Assembly (NCBI GenBank): GCA_964016885.1
Contig: OZ024741.1
Coordinates: forward strand, 358,732,001 to 358,796,000
DNA from: Eledone cirrhosa
Lineage: Eukaryota
Direction of reading: 5' to 3'
Length of the DNA: 64,000 nucleotides
In this document: positions 28,621 through 46,600 of the stretch, one piece after another
How positions within the stretch are numbered: the first letter of the stretch is position 1
Layout: every line of letters starts with the position of its first letter
Program-made: the position numbers and the translations under genes
The notes under the pieces: model-generated
The model's input: only the letters and a program-made list of their open reading frames with translations
Database searches by the model: none
Told to the model about the DNA's origin: nothing

Positions 28621-31600
28621 CAGCAGTTAACGTCTGTACTACCTGCTAACATTTGTACATATACACTATATATATATGATCAGCAGTTAACATCTGTACT
28701 ACCTGCTATCATATGTACATATACACTATATATATATGATTAGCAGTTAATGCCTGTACTACCTGCTAACATATGTACATATACACTATATATATATGAT
28801 CAGCAGTTAATGCCTGTACTACCTGCTAACATATGTACATATACACTATATATATATGATCAGCAGTTAATGCCTGTACTACCTGCTAACATATGTACAT
28901 ATACACTATATATATATGATGAGCAGTTAATGTCTGTACTACCTGCTAACATATGTACATATACACTATATATATATATGATCAGCAGTTAACATCTGTA
29001 CTACCTGCTAACATATGTACATATACACTATATATATATGATCAGCAGTTAATGTCTGTACTACCTGCTAACATATGTATATATACACTATATATATATA
29101 TATATGATGAGCAGTTAACATCTGTACTACCTGCTAACATATGTATATATACACTACATATATATGATCAGCAGTTAACGTCTGTACTACCTGCTAACAT
29201 ATTTACATATACACTATATATATGATCAGCAGTTAACATCTGTACTACCTGCTAACATATGTACATATACACTATATATATATATATATAATCAGCAGTT
29301 AATGTCTGTACTAACTGCTAACATATGTACATATACACTATATATATATGATCAGCAGTTAACATATGCACTACCTGCTAACATATGTACATATACACTA
29401 TATATATATGATCAGCAGTTAATGTATGTACTACCTGCTAGCACATGTACATATACACTATATATATATGATCAGCAGTTAACATCTGTACTACCTGCTA
29501 ACATATGTACATATACACTATATCTATGATCAGCAGTTAACGTCTGTACTACCTGCTAACATATGTACATATACACTATATATATATGATTAGCAGTTAA
29601 TGTCTGTACTACCTGCTAACATATGTACATATACACTATATATATGATCAGCATTTAACATCTGTACTACCTGCTAACATATGTACATATACACTATATA
29701 TATATGATCAGCAGTTAATGCCTGTACTACCTGCTAACATATGTACATATACACTATATATATATGATCAGCAGTTAATGTCTGTACTACCTGCTAATAT
29801 ATGTACATATACACTATATATATATGATCAGCAGTTAACATCTGTGCTACCTGCTAACATATGTACATATACACTATATATATATGATCATCGGTTAACA
29901 TCTGTACTACCTGCTAACATATGTACATATACACTATATATATATGATCAGCAGTTAACATCTGTACTACCTGCTAACATATGTACATATACACTATATA
30001 TATATGATCATCAGTTAACATCTGTACTACCTGCTAAGATATGTACATATACACTATATATATATGATCAGCTGTTAACGTCTGTACTACATGCTAACAT
30101 ATGTACATATACACTATATATATATGATCAGCAGTTAACATCTGTACTACCTGCTAACATATGTACATATACACTATATATATATGATCAGCAGTTAATG
30201 CCTGTACTACCTGCTAACATATGTACATATACACTATATATATATGATCAGCAGTTAATGCCTGTACTACCTGCTAACATATGTACATATACACTATATA
30301 TATATGATGAGCAGTTAATGTCTGTACTACCTGCTAACATATGTACATATACACTATATATATATGATCAGCAGTTAACATCTGTACTACCTGCTAACAT
30401 ATGTACATATACACTATATATATATGATCAGCAGTTAATGTCTGTACTACCTGCTAACATATGTATATATACACTATATATATATATATATGATGAGCAG
30501 TTAACATCTGTACTACCTGCTAACATATGTATATATACACTACATATATATGATCAGCAGTTAACGTCTGTACTACCTGCTAACATATTTACATATACAC
30601 TATATATATGATCAGCAGTTAACATCTGTACTACATGCTTACATAGGTATATATACACTATATATATATGATCAGCAGTTAACGTCTGTACTACCTGCTA
30701 ACATATGTACATATACACTATATATATATATATATAATCAGCAGTTAATGTCTGTACTAACTGCTAACATATGTACATATACACTATATATATATGATCA
30801 GCAGTTAACATATGCACTACCTGCTAACATATGTACATATACACTATATATATATGATCAGCAGTTAATGTATGTACTACCAGCTAGCACATGTACATAT
30901 ACACTATATATATATGATCAGCAGTTAACATCTGTACTACCTGCTAACATATGTACATATACACTATATCTATGATTAGCAGTTAACGTCTGTACTACCT
31001 GCTAACATATGTACATATACACTATATATATATGATCAGCAGTTAATGTCTGTACTACCTGCTAACATATGTACATATACACTATATATATGATCAGCAT
31101 TTAATATCTGTACTACCTGCTAACATATGTACATATACACTATATATATATGATCAGCAGTTAATGCCTGTACTACCTGCTAACATATGTACATATACAC
31201 TATATATATATGATCAGCAGTTAATGTCTGTACTACCTGCTAACATATGTACATATACACTATATATATATGATCAGCAGTTAATGTCTGTACTACCTGC
31301 TAATATATGTACATATACACTATATATATATGATCAGCAGTTAACATTTGTGCTACCTGCTAACATATGTACATATACACTATATATATATGATCATCAG
31401 TTAACATCTGTACTACCTGCTAACATATGTACATATACACTATATATATATGATTAGCATTTAACATCTGTACTACCTGCTAACATATGTACATATACAC
31501 TATATATATATGATCAGCAGTTAACGTCTGTACTACCTGCTAACATATGTACATATACACTATATATATATATGTGATCAGCACTTAATGTCTGTACTAC

Positions 31601-34600
31601 CTGCTAACATATGTACATATACACTATATATATGATCAGCAGTTAACGTCTGTACTACCTGCTAACATATGTACATATACACTATATATATATGATCAGC
31701 AGTTAACATCTGTACTACCTGCTAACATATGTACATATACACTATATATATATGATCAGCAGTTAACATCTGTACTACCTGCTAACATATGTACATATAC
31801 ACTATATATATATGATTAGCAATTAACATATGTACTACCTGCTAACATATGTACATATACACTATATATATGATCAGCAGTTAATGTCTGTACTACCTGC
31901 TAGCATATGTACATATACACTATATATATATGATCAGCAGTTAATGTCTGTACTACCTGCTAACATATGTACATATACACTATATATATGATCAGCAGTT
32001 AATGTCTGTACTAACTGCTAACATATGTACATATACACTATATATATATGATCAGCAGTTAACATCTGTACTACCTGCTAACATATGTACATATACACTA
32101 TATATATATATGATTAGCATTTAACATCTGTACTACCTGCTAACATATGTACATATACACTATATATATATGATCAGCAGTTAACGTCTGTACTACCTGC
32201 AAACATATGTACATATACACTATATATATATATATGATCAGCAGTTAATGTCTGTACTACCTGCTAACATATGTACATATACACTATATATATGATCAGC
32301 AGTTAATGTCTGTACTACCTGCTAACATATGTATATATACGCTATATATATATATGATCAGCAGTTAACGTCTGTACTACCTGCTAACATATTACATATA
32401 CACTATATATATATATATGATCAGCAGTTAATGTCTGTACTACCTGCTAACATATGTACATATACACTATATATATATGATCAGCAGTTGACATCTGTAC
32501 TACCTGCTAACATATGTATATATACACCATATATATATGATCAGCAGTTAACATCTGTACTACCTGCTAACATATGTACATATACACTATATATATATAT
32601 ATGATCAGCAGTTAATGTCTGTACTACCTGCTAACATATGTACATATACACTATATATATGATCAGCAGTTAATGTCTGTACTACCTGCTAACATATGTA
32701 CATATACACTATATATATATGATCAGCAGTTAACATCTGTACTACATGCTAACATATGTACATATACACTATATATATATGATTAGCAGTTAACATCTGT
32801 ACTACCTGCTAACATGTGTACATATACACTATATATATATATATGATCAGCAGTTAATGTCTGTACTACCTGCTAACATATGTACATATACACTATATAT
32901 CTATGATCAGCAGTTAATGTCTTTACTACCTGCTAACATATGTACATATACACTATATATATATGATTAGCAGTTAATGTGTGTACTACCTGCTAACATA
33001 TGTACATATACACTATATATATATATATGATCAGCAGTTAACATCTGTACTACCTGCTAACATATGTATATATACACTATATATATATGATCAGCAATTA
33101 ACATCTGTACTACCTGCTAACATATGTACATATACACTATATATATATGATTAGCAGTTAATGTGTGTCCTACCTGCTAACATATATATATATACACTAT
33201 ATATATATGATCAGCAGTTAACATTTGTACTACCTGCTAACATATGTACATATACACTATATATATATGATTAGCAGTTAATGTGTGTCCTACCTGCTAA
33301 CATATATATATATACACTATATATATATGATCAGCATTTAACATCTGTACTACCTGCTAACATATGTACATATACACTATATATATATATGATCAGCAGT
33401 TAACGTCTGTACTACCTGCTAACATATGTACATATACACTATATATATATATGTGATCAGCAGTTAATGTCTGTACTACCTGCTAACATATGTACATATA
33501 CACTATATATATGATCAGCAGTTAACGTCTGTACTACCTGCTAACATATGTACATATACACTATATATATATGATCAGCAGTTAACATCTGTACTACCTG
33601 CTAACATATGTACATATACACTATATATATATGATTAGCAGTTAACATATGTACTACCTGCTAACATATGTACATATACACTATATATATGATCAGCAGT
33701 TAATGTCTGTACTACCTGCTAGCATATGTACATATACACTATATATATATGATCAGCAGTTAATGTCTGTACTACCTGCTAACATATGTACATATACACT
33801 ATATATATGATCAGCAGTTAATGTCTGTACTAACTGCTAACATATGTACATATACACTATATATCTATGATCAGCAGTTAATGCCTGTACTACCTGCTAA
33901 CATATGTACATATAAACTATATATATATGATCAGCAGTTAATGTCTGTAATACCTGCCAACATATGTACATATACACTATATATATATGATCAGCAGTGA
34001 ATATCTGTACTACCTGCTAACATATGTACACATACACTATATATATATGATCAGCAGTTAACATCTGTACTAACTGCTAACATATGTACATATACACTAT
34101 ATATATATGATCAGCAGTTAACATCTGTACTACCTGCTAACATATGTATATATACACTATATATATATATATGATCAGCAGTTAACATCTGTACTACCTG
34201 CTAACATATGTATATATACGCTATATATATATATGATCAGCAGTTAACGTCTGTACTACCTGCTAACATAGTACATATACACTATATATATATATATGAT
34301 CAGCAGTTAATGTCTGTACTACCTGCTAACATATGTACATATACACTATATATATATGATCAGCAGTTAACATCTGTACTACCTGCTAACATATGTATAT
34401 ATACACCATATATATATGATCAGCAGTTAACATCTGTACTACCTGCTAACATATGTACATATACACTATATATCTATGATCAGCAGTTAACGTCTGTACT
34501 ACCTGCTAACATATGTACATATACACTATATATATATATATGATCAGCAGTTAACATCTGTACTACCTGCTAACATATGTACATATACACTATATATATA

Positions 34601-37600
34601 TGATCAGCAGTTAACATCTGTACTACCTGCTAACATATGTATATATACACTATATATATATGATCAGCAATTAACATCTGTACTACCTGCTAACATATGT
34701 ACATATACACTATATATATATGATTAGCAGTTAATGTGTGTACTACCTGCTAACATATGTACATATACACTATATATATATATATGATCAGCAGTTAACA
34801 TCTGTACTACCTGCTAACATATGTATATATACACTATATATATATGATCAGCAATTAACATCTGTACTACCTGCTAACATATGTACATATACACTATATA
34901 TATATGATTAGCAGTTAATGTGTGTCCTACCTGCTAACATATATATATATACACTATATATATATGATCAGCAGTTAACACTTGTACTACCTGCTAACAT
35001 ATGTACATATACACTATATATATATGATTAGCATTTAACATCTGTACTACCTGCTAACATATGTACATATACACTATATATATATGATCAGCAGTTAACG
35101 TCTGTACTACCTGCTAACATATGTACATATACACTATATATATATATGTGATCAGCAGTTAATGTCTGTACTACCTGCTAACATATGTACATATACACTA
35201 TATATATGATCAGCAGTTAACGTCTGTACTACCTGCTAACATATGTACATATACACTATATATATATGATCAGCAGTTAACATCTGTACTACCTGCTAAC
35301 ATATGTACATATACACTATATATATATGATCAGCAGTTAACATCTGTACTACCTGCTAACATATGTACATATACACTATATATATATGATTAGCAATTAA
35401 CATATGTACTACCTGCTAACATATGTACATATACACTATATATATGATCAGCAGTTAATGTCTGTACTACCTGCTAGCATATGTACATATACACTATATA
35501 TATATGATCAGCAGTTAATGTCTGTACTACCTGCTAACATATGTACATATACACTATATATATGATCAGCAGTTAATGTCTGTACTAACTGCTAACATAT
35601 GTACATATACACTATATATATATGATCAGCAGTTAACATCTGTACTACCTGCTAACATATGTACATATACACTATATATCTATGATCAGCAGTTAATGCC
35701 TGTACTACCTGCTAACATATGTACATATACACTATATATATATGATCAGCAGTTAATGTCTGTAATACCTGCTAACATATGTACATATACACTATATATA
35801 TATGATCAGCAGTGAATATCTGTACTACCTGCTAACATATGTACACATACACTATATATATATGATCAGCAGTTAACATCTGTACTAACTGCTAACATAT
35901 GTACATATACACTATATATATATGATCAGCAATTAACATCTGTACTACCTGCTAACATATGTATATATACACTATATATATATATATATGATCAGCAGTT
36001 AACATCTGTACAACCTGCTAACATATGTATATATACGCTATATATATATATGATCAGCAGTTAACGTCTGTACTACCTGCTAACATATTACATATACACT
36101 ATATATATATATATGATCAGCAGTTAATGTCTGTACTACCTGCTAACATATGTACATATACACTATATATATATGATCAGCAGTTAACATCTGTACTACC
36201 TGCTAACATATGTATATATACGCTATATATATATATGATCAGCAGTTAACGTCTGTACTACCTGCTAACATATTACATATACACTATATATATATATATG
36301 ATCAGCAGTTAATGTCTGTACTACCTGCTAACATATGTACATATACACTATATATATATGATCAGCAGTTAACATCTGTACTACCTGCTAACATATGTAT
36401 ATATACACCATATATATATGATCAGCAGTTAACATCTGTACTACCTGCTAACATATGTACATATACACTATATATATATATATGATCAGCAGTTAATGTC
36501 TGTACTACCTGCTAACATATGTACATATACACTATATATATGATCAACAGTTAATGTCTGTACTACCTGCTAACATATGTACATATACACTATATATATA
36601 TGATCAGCAGTAAACATCTGTACTACATGCTAACATATGTACATATACACTATATATATATGATTAGCAGTTAACATCTGTACTACCTGCTAACATGTGT
36701 ACATATACACTATATATATATATATGATCAGCAGTTAATGTCTGTACTACCTGCTAACATATGTACATATACACTATATATCTATGATCAGCAGTTAATG
36801 TCTTTACTACCTGCTAACATATGTACATATACACTATATATATATGATTAGCAGTTAATGTGTGTACTACCTGCTAACATATGTACATATACACTATATA
36901 TATATATATGATCAGCAGTTAACATCTGTACTACCTGCTAACATATGTATATATACACTATATATATATGATCAGCAATTAACATCTGTACTACCTGCTA
37001 ACATATGTACATATACACTATATATATATAATTAGCAGTTAATGTGTGTCCTACCTGCTAACATATATATATATACACTATATATATATGATCAGCAGTT
37101 AACATTTGTACTACCTGCTAACATATGTACATATACACTATATATATATGATTAGCATTTAACATCTGTACTACCTGCTAACATATGTACATATACACTA
37201 TATATATATGATGAGCAGTTAACGTCTGTACTACCTGCTAACATATGTACATATACACTATATATATATATGTGATCAGCAGTTAATGTCTTTACTACCT
37301 GCTAACATATGTACATATACACTATATATATGATCAGTAGTTAACGTCTGTACTACCTGCTAACATATGTACATATACACTATATATATATGATCAGCAG
37401 TTAACATCTGTACTACCTGCTAACATATGTACATATACACTATATATATATGATCAGCAGTTAACATCTGTACTACCTGCTAACATATGTACATATACAC
37501 TATATATATATGATTAGCAGTTAACATATGTACTACCTGCTAACATATGTACATATACACTATATATATGATCAGCAGTTAATGTCTGTACTACCTGCTA

Positions 37601-40600
37601 GCATATGTACATATACACTATATATATATGATCAGCAGTTAATGTCTGTACTACCTGCTAACATATGTACATATACACTATATATATGATCAGCAGTTAA
37701 TGTCTGTACTAACTGCTAACATATGTACATATACACTATATATATATGATCAGCAGTTAACATCTGTACTACCTGCTAACATATGTACATATACACTATA
37801 TATCTATGATCAGCAGTTAATGCCTGTACTACCTGCTAACATATGTACATATACACTATATATATATGATCAGCAGTTAATGTCTGTAATACCTGCCAAC
37901 ATATGTACATATACACTATATATATATGATCAGCAGTGAATATCTGTACTACCTGCTAACATATGTACACATACACTATATATATATGATCAGCAGTTAA
38001 CATCTGTACTAACTGCTAACATATGTACATATACACTATATATATATGATCAGCAGTTAACATCTGTACTACCTGCTAACATATGTATATATACACTATA
38101 TATATATATATGATCAGCAGTTAACATCTGTACTACCTGCTAACATATGTATATATACGCTATATATATATATGATCAGCAGTTAACGTCTGTACTACCT
38201 GCTAACATAGTACATATACACTATATATATATATATGATCAGCAGTTAATGTCTGTACTACCTGCTAACATATGTACATATACACTATATATATATGATC
38301 AGCAGTTAACATCTGTACTACCTGCTAACATATGTACATATACACTATATATATATGATCAGCAGTTAACGTCTGTACTACCTGCTAACATATGTACATA
38401 TACACTATATATATATATATGATCAGCAGTTAACATCTGTACTACCTGCTAACATATGTACATATACACTATATATATATGATCAGCAGTTAACATCTGT
38501 ACTACCTGCTAACATATGTATATATACACTATATATATATGATCAGCAATTAACATCTGTACTACCTGCTAACATATGTACATATACACTATATATATAT
38601 GATTAGCAGTTAATGTGTGTACTACCTGCTAACATATGTACATATACACTATATATATATATATGATCAGCAGTTAACATCTGTACTACCTGCTAACATA
38701 TGTATATATACACTATATATATATGATCAGCAATTAACATCTGTACTACCTGCTAACATATGTACATATACACTATATATATATGATCAGCAGTTAACAT
38801 CTGTACTACCTGCTAACATATGTATATATACACTATATATATATGATCAGCAGTTAACATCTGTACTACCTGCTAACATATGTACATATACACTATATAT
38901 ATATGATCAGCAGTTAACATCTGTACTACCTGCTAACATATGTACATATACACTATATATATATGATTAGCAGTTAACATATGTACTACCTGCTAACATA
39001 TGTACATATACACTATATATATGATCAGCAGTTAATGTCTGTACTACCTGCTAGCATATGTACATATACACTATATATATATGATCAGCAGTTAATGTCT
39101 GTACTACCTGCTAACATATGTACATATACACTATATATATGATCAGCAGTTAATGTCTGTACTAACTGCTAACATATGTACATATACACTATATATATAT
39201 GATTAGCAGTTAATGTGTGTACTACCTGCTAACATATGTACATATACACTATATATATATATATGATCAGCAGTTAACATCTGTACTACCTGCTAACATA
39301 TGTATATATACACTATATATATATGATCAGCAATTAACATCTGTACTACCTGCTAACATATGTACATATACACTATATATATATAATTAGCAGTTAATGT
39401 GTGTCCTACCTGCTAACATATATATATATACACTATATATATATGATCAGCAGTTAACATTTGTACTACCTGCTAACATATGTACATATACACTATATAT
39501 ATATGATTAGCATTTAACATCTGTACTACCTGCTAACATATGTACATATACACTATATATATATGATGAGCAGTTAACGTCTGTACTACCTGCTAACATA
39601 TGTACATATACACTATATATATATATGTGATCAGCAGTTAATGTCTTTACTACCTGCTAACATATGTACATATACACTATATATATGATCAGCAGTTAAC
39701 GTCTGTACTACCTGCTAACATATGTACATATACACTATATATATATATATGATCAGCAGTTAACATCTGTACTACCTGCTAACATATGTACATATACACT
39801 ATATATATATGATCAGCAGTTAACATCTGTACTACCTGCTAACATATGTATATATACACTATATATATATGATCAGCAATTAACATCTGTACTACCTGCT
39901 AACATATGTACATATACACTATATATATATGATTAGCAGTTAATGTGTGTACTACCTGCTAACATATGTACATATACACTATATATATATATATGATCAG
40001 CAGTTAACATCTGTACTACCTGCTAACATATGTATATATACACTATATATATATGATCAGCAATTAACATCTGTACTACCTGCTAACATATGTACATATA
40101 CACTATATATATATGATCAGCAGTTAACATCTGTACTACCTGCTAACATATGTATATATACACTATATATATATGATCAGCAGTTAACATCTGTACTACC
40201 TGCTAACATATGTACATATACACTATATATATATGATCAGCAGTTAACATCTGTACTACCTGCTAACATATGTACATATACACTATATATATATGATTAG
40301 CAGTTAACATATGTACTACCTGCTAACATATGTACATATACACTATATATATGATCAGCAGTTAATGTCTGTACTACCTGCTAGCATATGTACATATACA
40401 CTATATATATATGATCAGCAGTTAATGTCTGTACTACCTGCTAACATATGTACATATACACTATATATATGATCAGCAGTTAATGTCTGTACTAACTGCT
40501 AACATATGTACATATACACAATATATATATGATCAGCAGTTAACATCTGTACTACCTGCTAACATATGTACATATACACTATATATCTATGATCAGCAGT

Positions 40601-43600
40601 TAATGCCTGTACTACCTGCTAACATATGTACATATACACTATATATATATGATCAGCAGTTAATGTCTGTAATACCTGCTAACATATGTACATATACACT
40701 ATATATATATGATCAGCAGTGAATATCTGTACTACCTGCTAACATATGTACACATACACTATATATATATGATCAGCAGTTAACATCTGTACTAACTGGT
40801 AACATATGTACATATACACTATATATATATGATCAGCAATTAACATCTGTACTACCTGCTAACATATGTATATATACACTATATATATATATATGATCAG
40901 CAGTTAACATCTGTACTCCCTGCTAACATATGTATATATACGCTATATATATATATGATCAGCAGTTAACGTCTGTACTACCTGCTAACATATTACATAT
41001 ACACTATATATATATATATATGATCAGCAGTTAATGTCTGTACTACCTGCTAACATATGTACATATACACTATATATATATGATCAGCAGTTAACATCTG
41101 TACTACCTGCTAACATATGTATATATACACCATACATATATGATCAGCAGTTAACATCTGTACTACCTGCTAACATATGTACATATACACTATATATATA
41201 TATATGATCAGCAGTTAATGTCTGTACTACCTGCTAACATATGTACATATACACTATATATATGATCAGCAGTTAATGTCTGTACTACCTGCTAACATAT
41301 GTACATATACACTATATATATATGATCAGCAGTTAACATCTGTACTACATGCTAACATATGTACATATACACTATATATATATGATTAGCAGTTAACATC
41401 TGTACTACCTGCTAACCTGTGTACATATACACCATATATATATATATGATCAGCAGTTAATGTCTGTACTACCTGCTAACATATGTACATATACACTATA
41501 TATCTATGATCAGCAGTTAATGTCTTTACTACCTGCTAACATATGTACATATACACTATATATATATATATGATCAGCAGTTAACATCTGTACTACCTGC
41601 TAACATATGTATATATACACTATATATATATGATCAGCAGTTAACATCTGTACTACCTGCTAACATATGTACATATACACTATATATATATGATCAGCAG
41701 TTAACATCTGTACTACCTGCTAACATATGTACATATACACTATATATCTATGATCAGCAGTTAACGTCTGTACTACCTGCTAACATATGTACATATACAC
41801 TATATATATATATATATGATCAGCAGTTAACATCTGTACTACCTGCTAACATATGTACATATACACTATATATATATGATCAGCAGTTAACATCTGTACT
41901 ACCTGCTAACATATGTATATATACACTATATATATATGATCAGCAATTAACATCTGTACTACCTGCTAACATATGTACATATACACTATATATATATGAT
42001 TAGCAGTTAATGTGTGTACTACCTGCTAACATATGTACATATACACTATATATATATATATGATCAGCAGTTAACATCTGTACTACCTGCTAACATATGT
42101 ATATATACACTATATATATATGATCAGCAATTAACATCTGTACTACCTGCTAACATATGTACATATACACTATATATATATGATTAGCAGTTAATGTGTG
42201 TCCTACCTGCTAACATATATATATATACACTATATATATATGATCAGCAGTTAACGTCTCTACTACCTGCTAACATATGTACATATACACTATATATATA
42301 TATGTGATCAGCAGTTAATGTCTGTACTACCTGCTAACATATGTACATATACACTATTTATATGATCAGCAGTTAACGTCTGTACTACCTGCTAACATAT
42401 GTACATATACAGTATATATATATGATCAGCAGTTAACATCTGTACTACCTGCTAACATATGTACATATACACTATATATATATGATCAGCAGTTAACATC
42501 TGTACTACCTGCTAACATATGTACATATACACTATATATATATGATTAGCAGTTAACATATGTACTACCTGCTAACATATGTACATATACACTATATATA
42601 TGATCAGCAGTTAATGTCTGCACTACCTGCTAGCATATGTACATATACACAATATATATATGATCAGCAGTTAATGTATGTACTACCTGCTAACATATGT
42701 ACATATACACTATATATATGATCAGCAGTTAATGTCTGTACTAACTGCTAACATATGTACATATACACTATATATATATGATCAGCAGTTAACATCTGTA
42801 CTACCTGCTAACATATGTACATATACACTATATATCTATGATCAGCAGTTAATGCCTGTACTACCTGCTAACATATGTACATATACACTATATATATATG
42901 ATCAGCAGTTAATGTCTGTAATACCTGCCAACATATGTACATATACACTATATATATATATGATCAGCAGTGAATATCTGTACTACCTGCTAACATATGT
43001 ACACATACACTATATATATATGATCAGCAGTTAACATCTGTACTACCTGCTAACATATGTACATATACACTATATATATATGATCAGCAGTTAACATCTG
43101 TACTACCTGCTAACATATGTATATATACACTATATATATATATATGATCAGCAGTTAACATCTGTACTACCTGCTAACATATGTATATATACGCTATATA
43201 TATATATGATCAGCAGTTAACGTCTGTACTACCTGCTAACATATTACATATACACTATATATATATATATGATCAGCAGTTAATGTATGTACTACCTGCT
43301 AACATATGTACATATACACTATATATATATGATCAGCAGTTAACATCTGTACTACCTGCTAACATATGTATATATACACCATATATATATGATCAGCAGT
43401 TAACATCTGTACTACCTGCTAACATATGTACATATACACTATATATCTATGATCAGCAGTTAACGTCTGTACTACCTGCTAACATATGTACATATACACT
43501 ATATATATATATATGATCAGCAGTTAACATCTGTACTACCTGCTAACATATGTACATATACACTATATATATATATGATCAGCAGTTAACATCTGTACTA

Positions 43601-46600
43601 CCTGCTAACATATGTATATATACACTATATATATATGATCAGCAATTAACATCTGTACTACCTGCTAACATATGTACATATACACTATATATATATATGA
43701 TTAGCAGTTAATGTGTGTACTACCTGCTAACATATGTACATATACACTATATATATATATATGATCAGCAGTTAACATCTGTACTACCTGCTAACATATG
43801 TATATATACACTATATATATATGATCAGCAATTAACATCTGTACTACCTGCTAACATATGTACATATACACTATATATATATATGATTAGCAGTTAATGT
43901 GTGTCCTACCTGCTAACATATATATATATACACTATATATATATGATCAGCAGTTAACATTTGTACTACCTGCTAACATATGTACATATACACTATATAT
44001 ATATGATTAGCATTTAACATCTGTACTACCTGCTAACATATGTACATATACACTATATATATATGATCAGCAGTTAACGTCTGTACTACCTGCTAACATA
44101 TGTACATATACACTATATATATATATGTGATCAGCAGTTAATGTCTGTACTACCTGCTAACATATGTACATATACACTATATATATGATCAGCAGTTAAC
44201 GTCTGTACTACCTGCTAACATATGTACATATACACTATATATATATGATCAGCAGTTAACATCTGTACTACCTGCTAACATATGTACATATACACTATAT
44301 ATATATGATCAGCAGTTAACATCTGTACTACCTGCTAACATATGTACATATACACTATATATATATGATTAGCAGTTAACATATGTACTACCTGCTAACA
44401 TATGTACATATACACTATATATATGATCAGCAGTTAATGTCTGTACTACCTGCTAGCATATGTACATATACACTATATATATATGATCAGCAGTTAATGT
44501 CTGTACTACCTGCTAACATATGTACATATACACTATATATATGATCAGCAGTTAATGCCTGTACTACCTGCTAACATATGTACATATACACTATATATAT
44601 ATGATCAGCAGTTAATGTCTGTAATACCTGCTAACATATGTACATATACACTATATATATATGATCAGCAGTGAATATCTGTACTACCTGCTAACATATG
44701 TACACATACACTATATATATATGATCAGCAGTTAACATCTGTACTAACTGCTAACATATGTACATATACACTATATATATATGATCAGCAATTAACATCT
44801 GTACTACCTGCTAACATATGTATATATACACTATATATATATATATGATCAGCAGTTAACATCTGTACTCCCTGCTAACATATGTATATATACGCTATAT
44901 ATATATATGATCAGCAGTTAACGTCTGTACTACCTGCTAACATATTACATATACACTATATATATATATATATGATCAGCAGTTAATGTCTGTACTACCT
45001 GCTAACATATGTATATATACACCATATATATATGATCAGCAGTTAACATCTGTACTACCTGCTAACATATGTACATATACACTATATATATATATATGAT
45101 CAGCAGTTAATGTCTGTACTACCTGCTAACATATGTACATATACACTATATATATATGATCAGCAGTTAACATCTGTACTACCTGCTAACATATGTACAT
45201 ATACACTATATATATATGATTAGCAGTTAACATATGTACTACCTGCTAACATATGTACATATACACTATATATATGATCAGCAGTTAATGTCTGCACTAC
45301 CTGCTAGCATATGTACATATACACAATATATATATGATCAGCAGTTAATGTATGTACTACCTGCTAACATATGTACATATACACTATATATATGATCAGC
45401 AGTTAATGTCTGTACTAACTGCTAACATATGTACATATACACTATATATATATGATCAGCAGTTAACATCTGTACTACCTGCTAACATATGTACATATAC
45501 ACTATATATCTATGATCAGCAGTTAATGCCTGTACTACCTGCTAACATATGTACATATACACTATATATATATGATCAGCAGTTAATGTCTGTAATACCT
45601 GCCAACATATGTACATATACACTATATATATATATGATCAGCAGTGAATATCTGTACTACCTGCTAACATATGTACACATACACTATATATATATGATCA
45701 GCAGTTAACATCTGTACTACCTGCTAACATATGTACATATACACTATATATATATGATCAGCAGTTAACATCTGTACTACCTGCTAACATATGTATATAT
45801 ACACTATATATATATATATGATCAGCAGTTAACATCTGTACTACCTGCTAACATATGTATATATACGCTATATATATATATGATCAGCAGTTAACGTCTG
45901 TACTACCTGCTAACATATTACATATACACTATATATATATATATGATCAGCAGTTAATGTATGTACTACCTGCTAACATATGTACATATACACTATATAT
46001 ATATGATCAGCAGTTAACATCTGTACTACCTGCTAACATATGTATATATACACCATATATATATGATCAGCAGTTAACATCTGTACTACCTGCTAACATA
46101 TGTACATATACACTATATATCTATGATCAGCAGTTAACGTCTGTACTACCTGCTAACATATGTACATATACACTATATATATATATATGATCAGCAGTTA
46201 ACATCTGTACTACCTGCTAACATATGTACATATACACTATATATATATATGATCAGCAGTTAACATCTGTACTACCTGCTAACATATGTATATATACACT
46301 ATATATATATGATCAGCAATTAACATCTGTACTACCTGCTAACATATGTACATATACACTATATATATATATGATTAGCAGTTAATGTGTGTACTACCTG
46401 CTAACATATGTACATATACACTATATATATATATATGATCAGCAGTTAACATCTGTACTACCTGCTAACATATGTATATATACACTATATATATATGATC
46501 AGCAATTAACATCTGTACTACCTGCTAACATATGTACATATACACTATATATATATATGATTAGCAGTTAATGTGTGTCCTACCTGCTAACATATATATA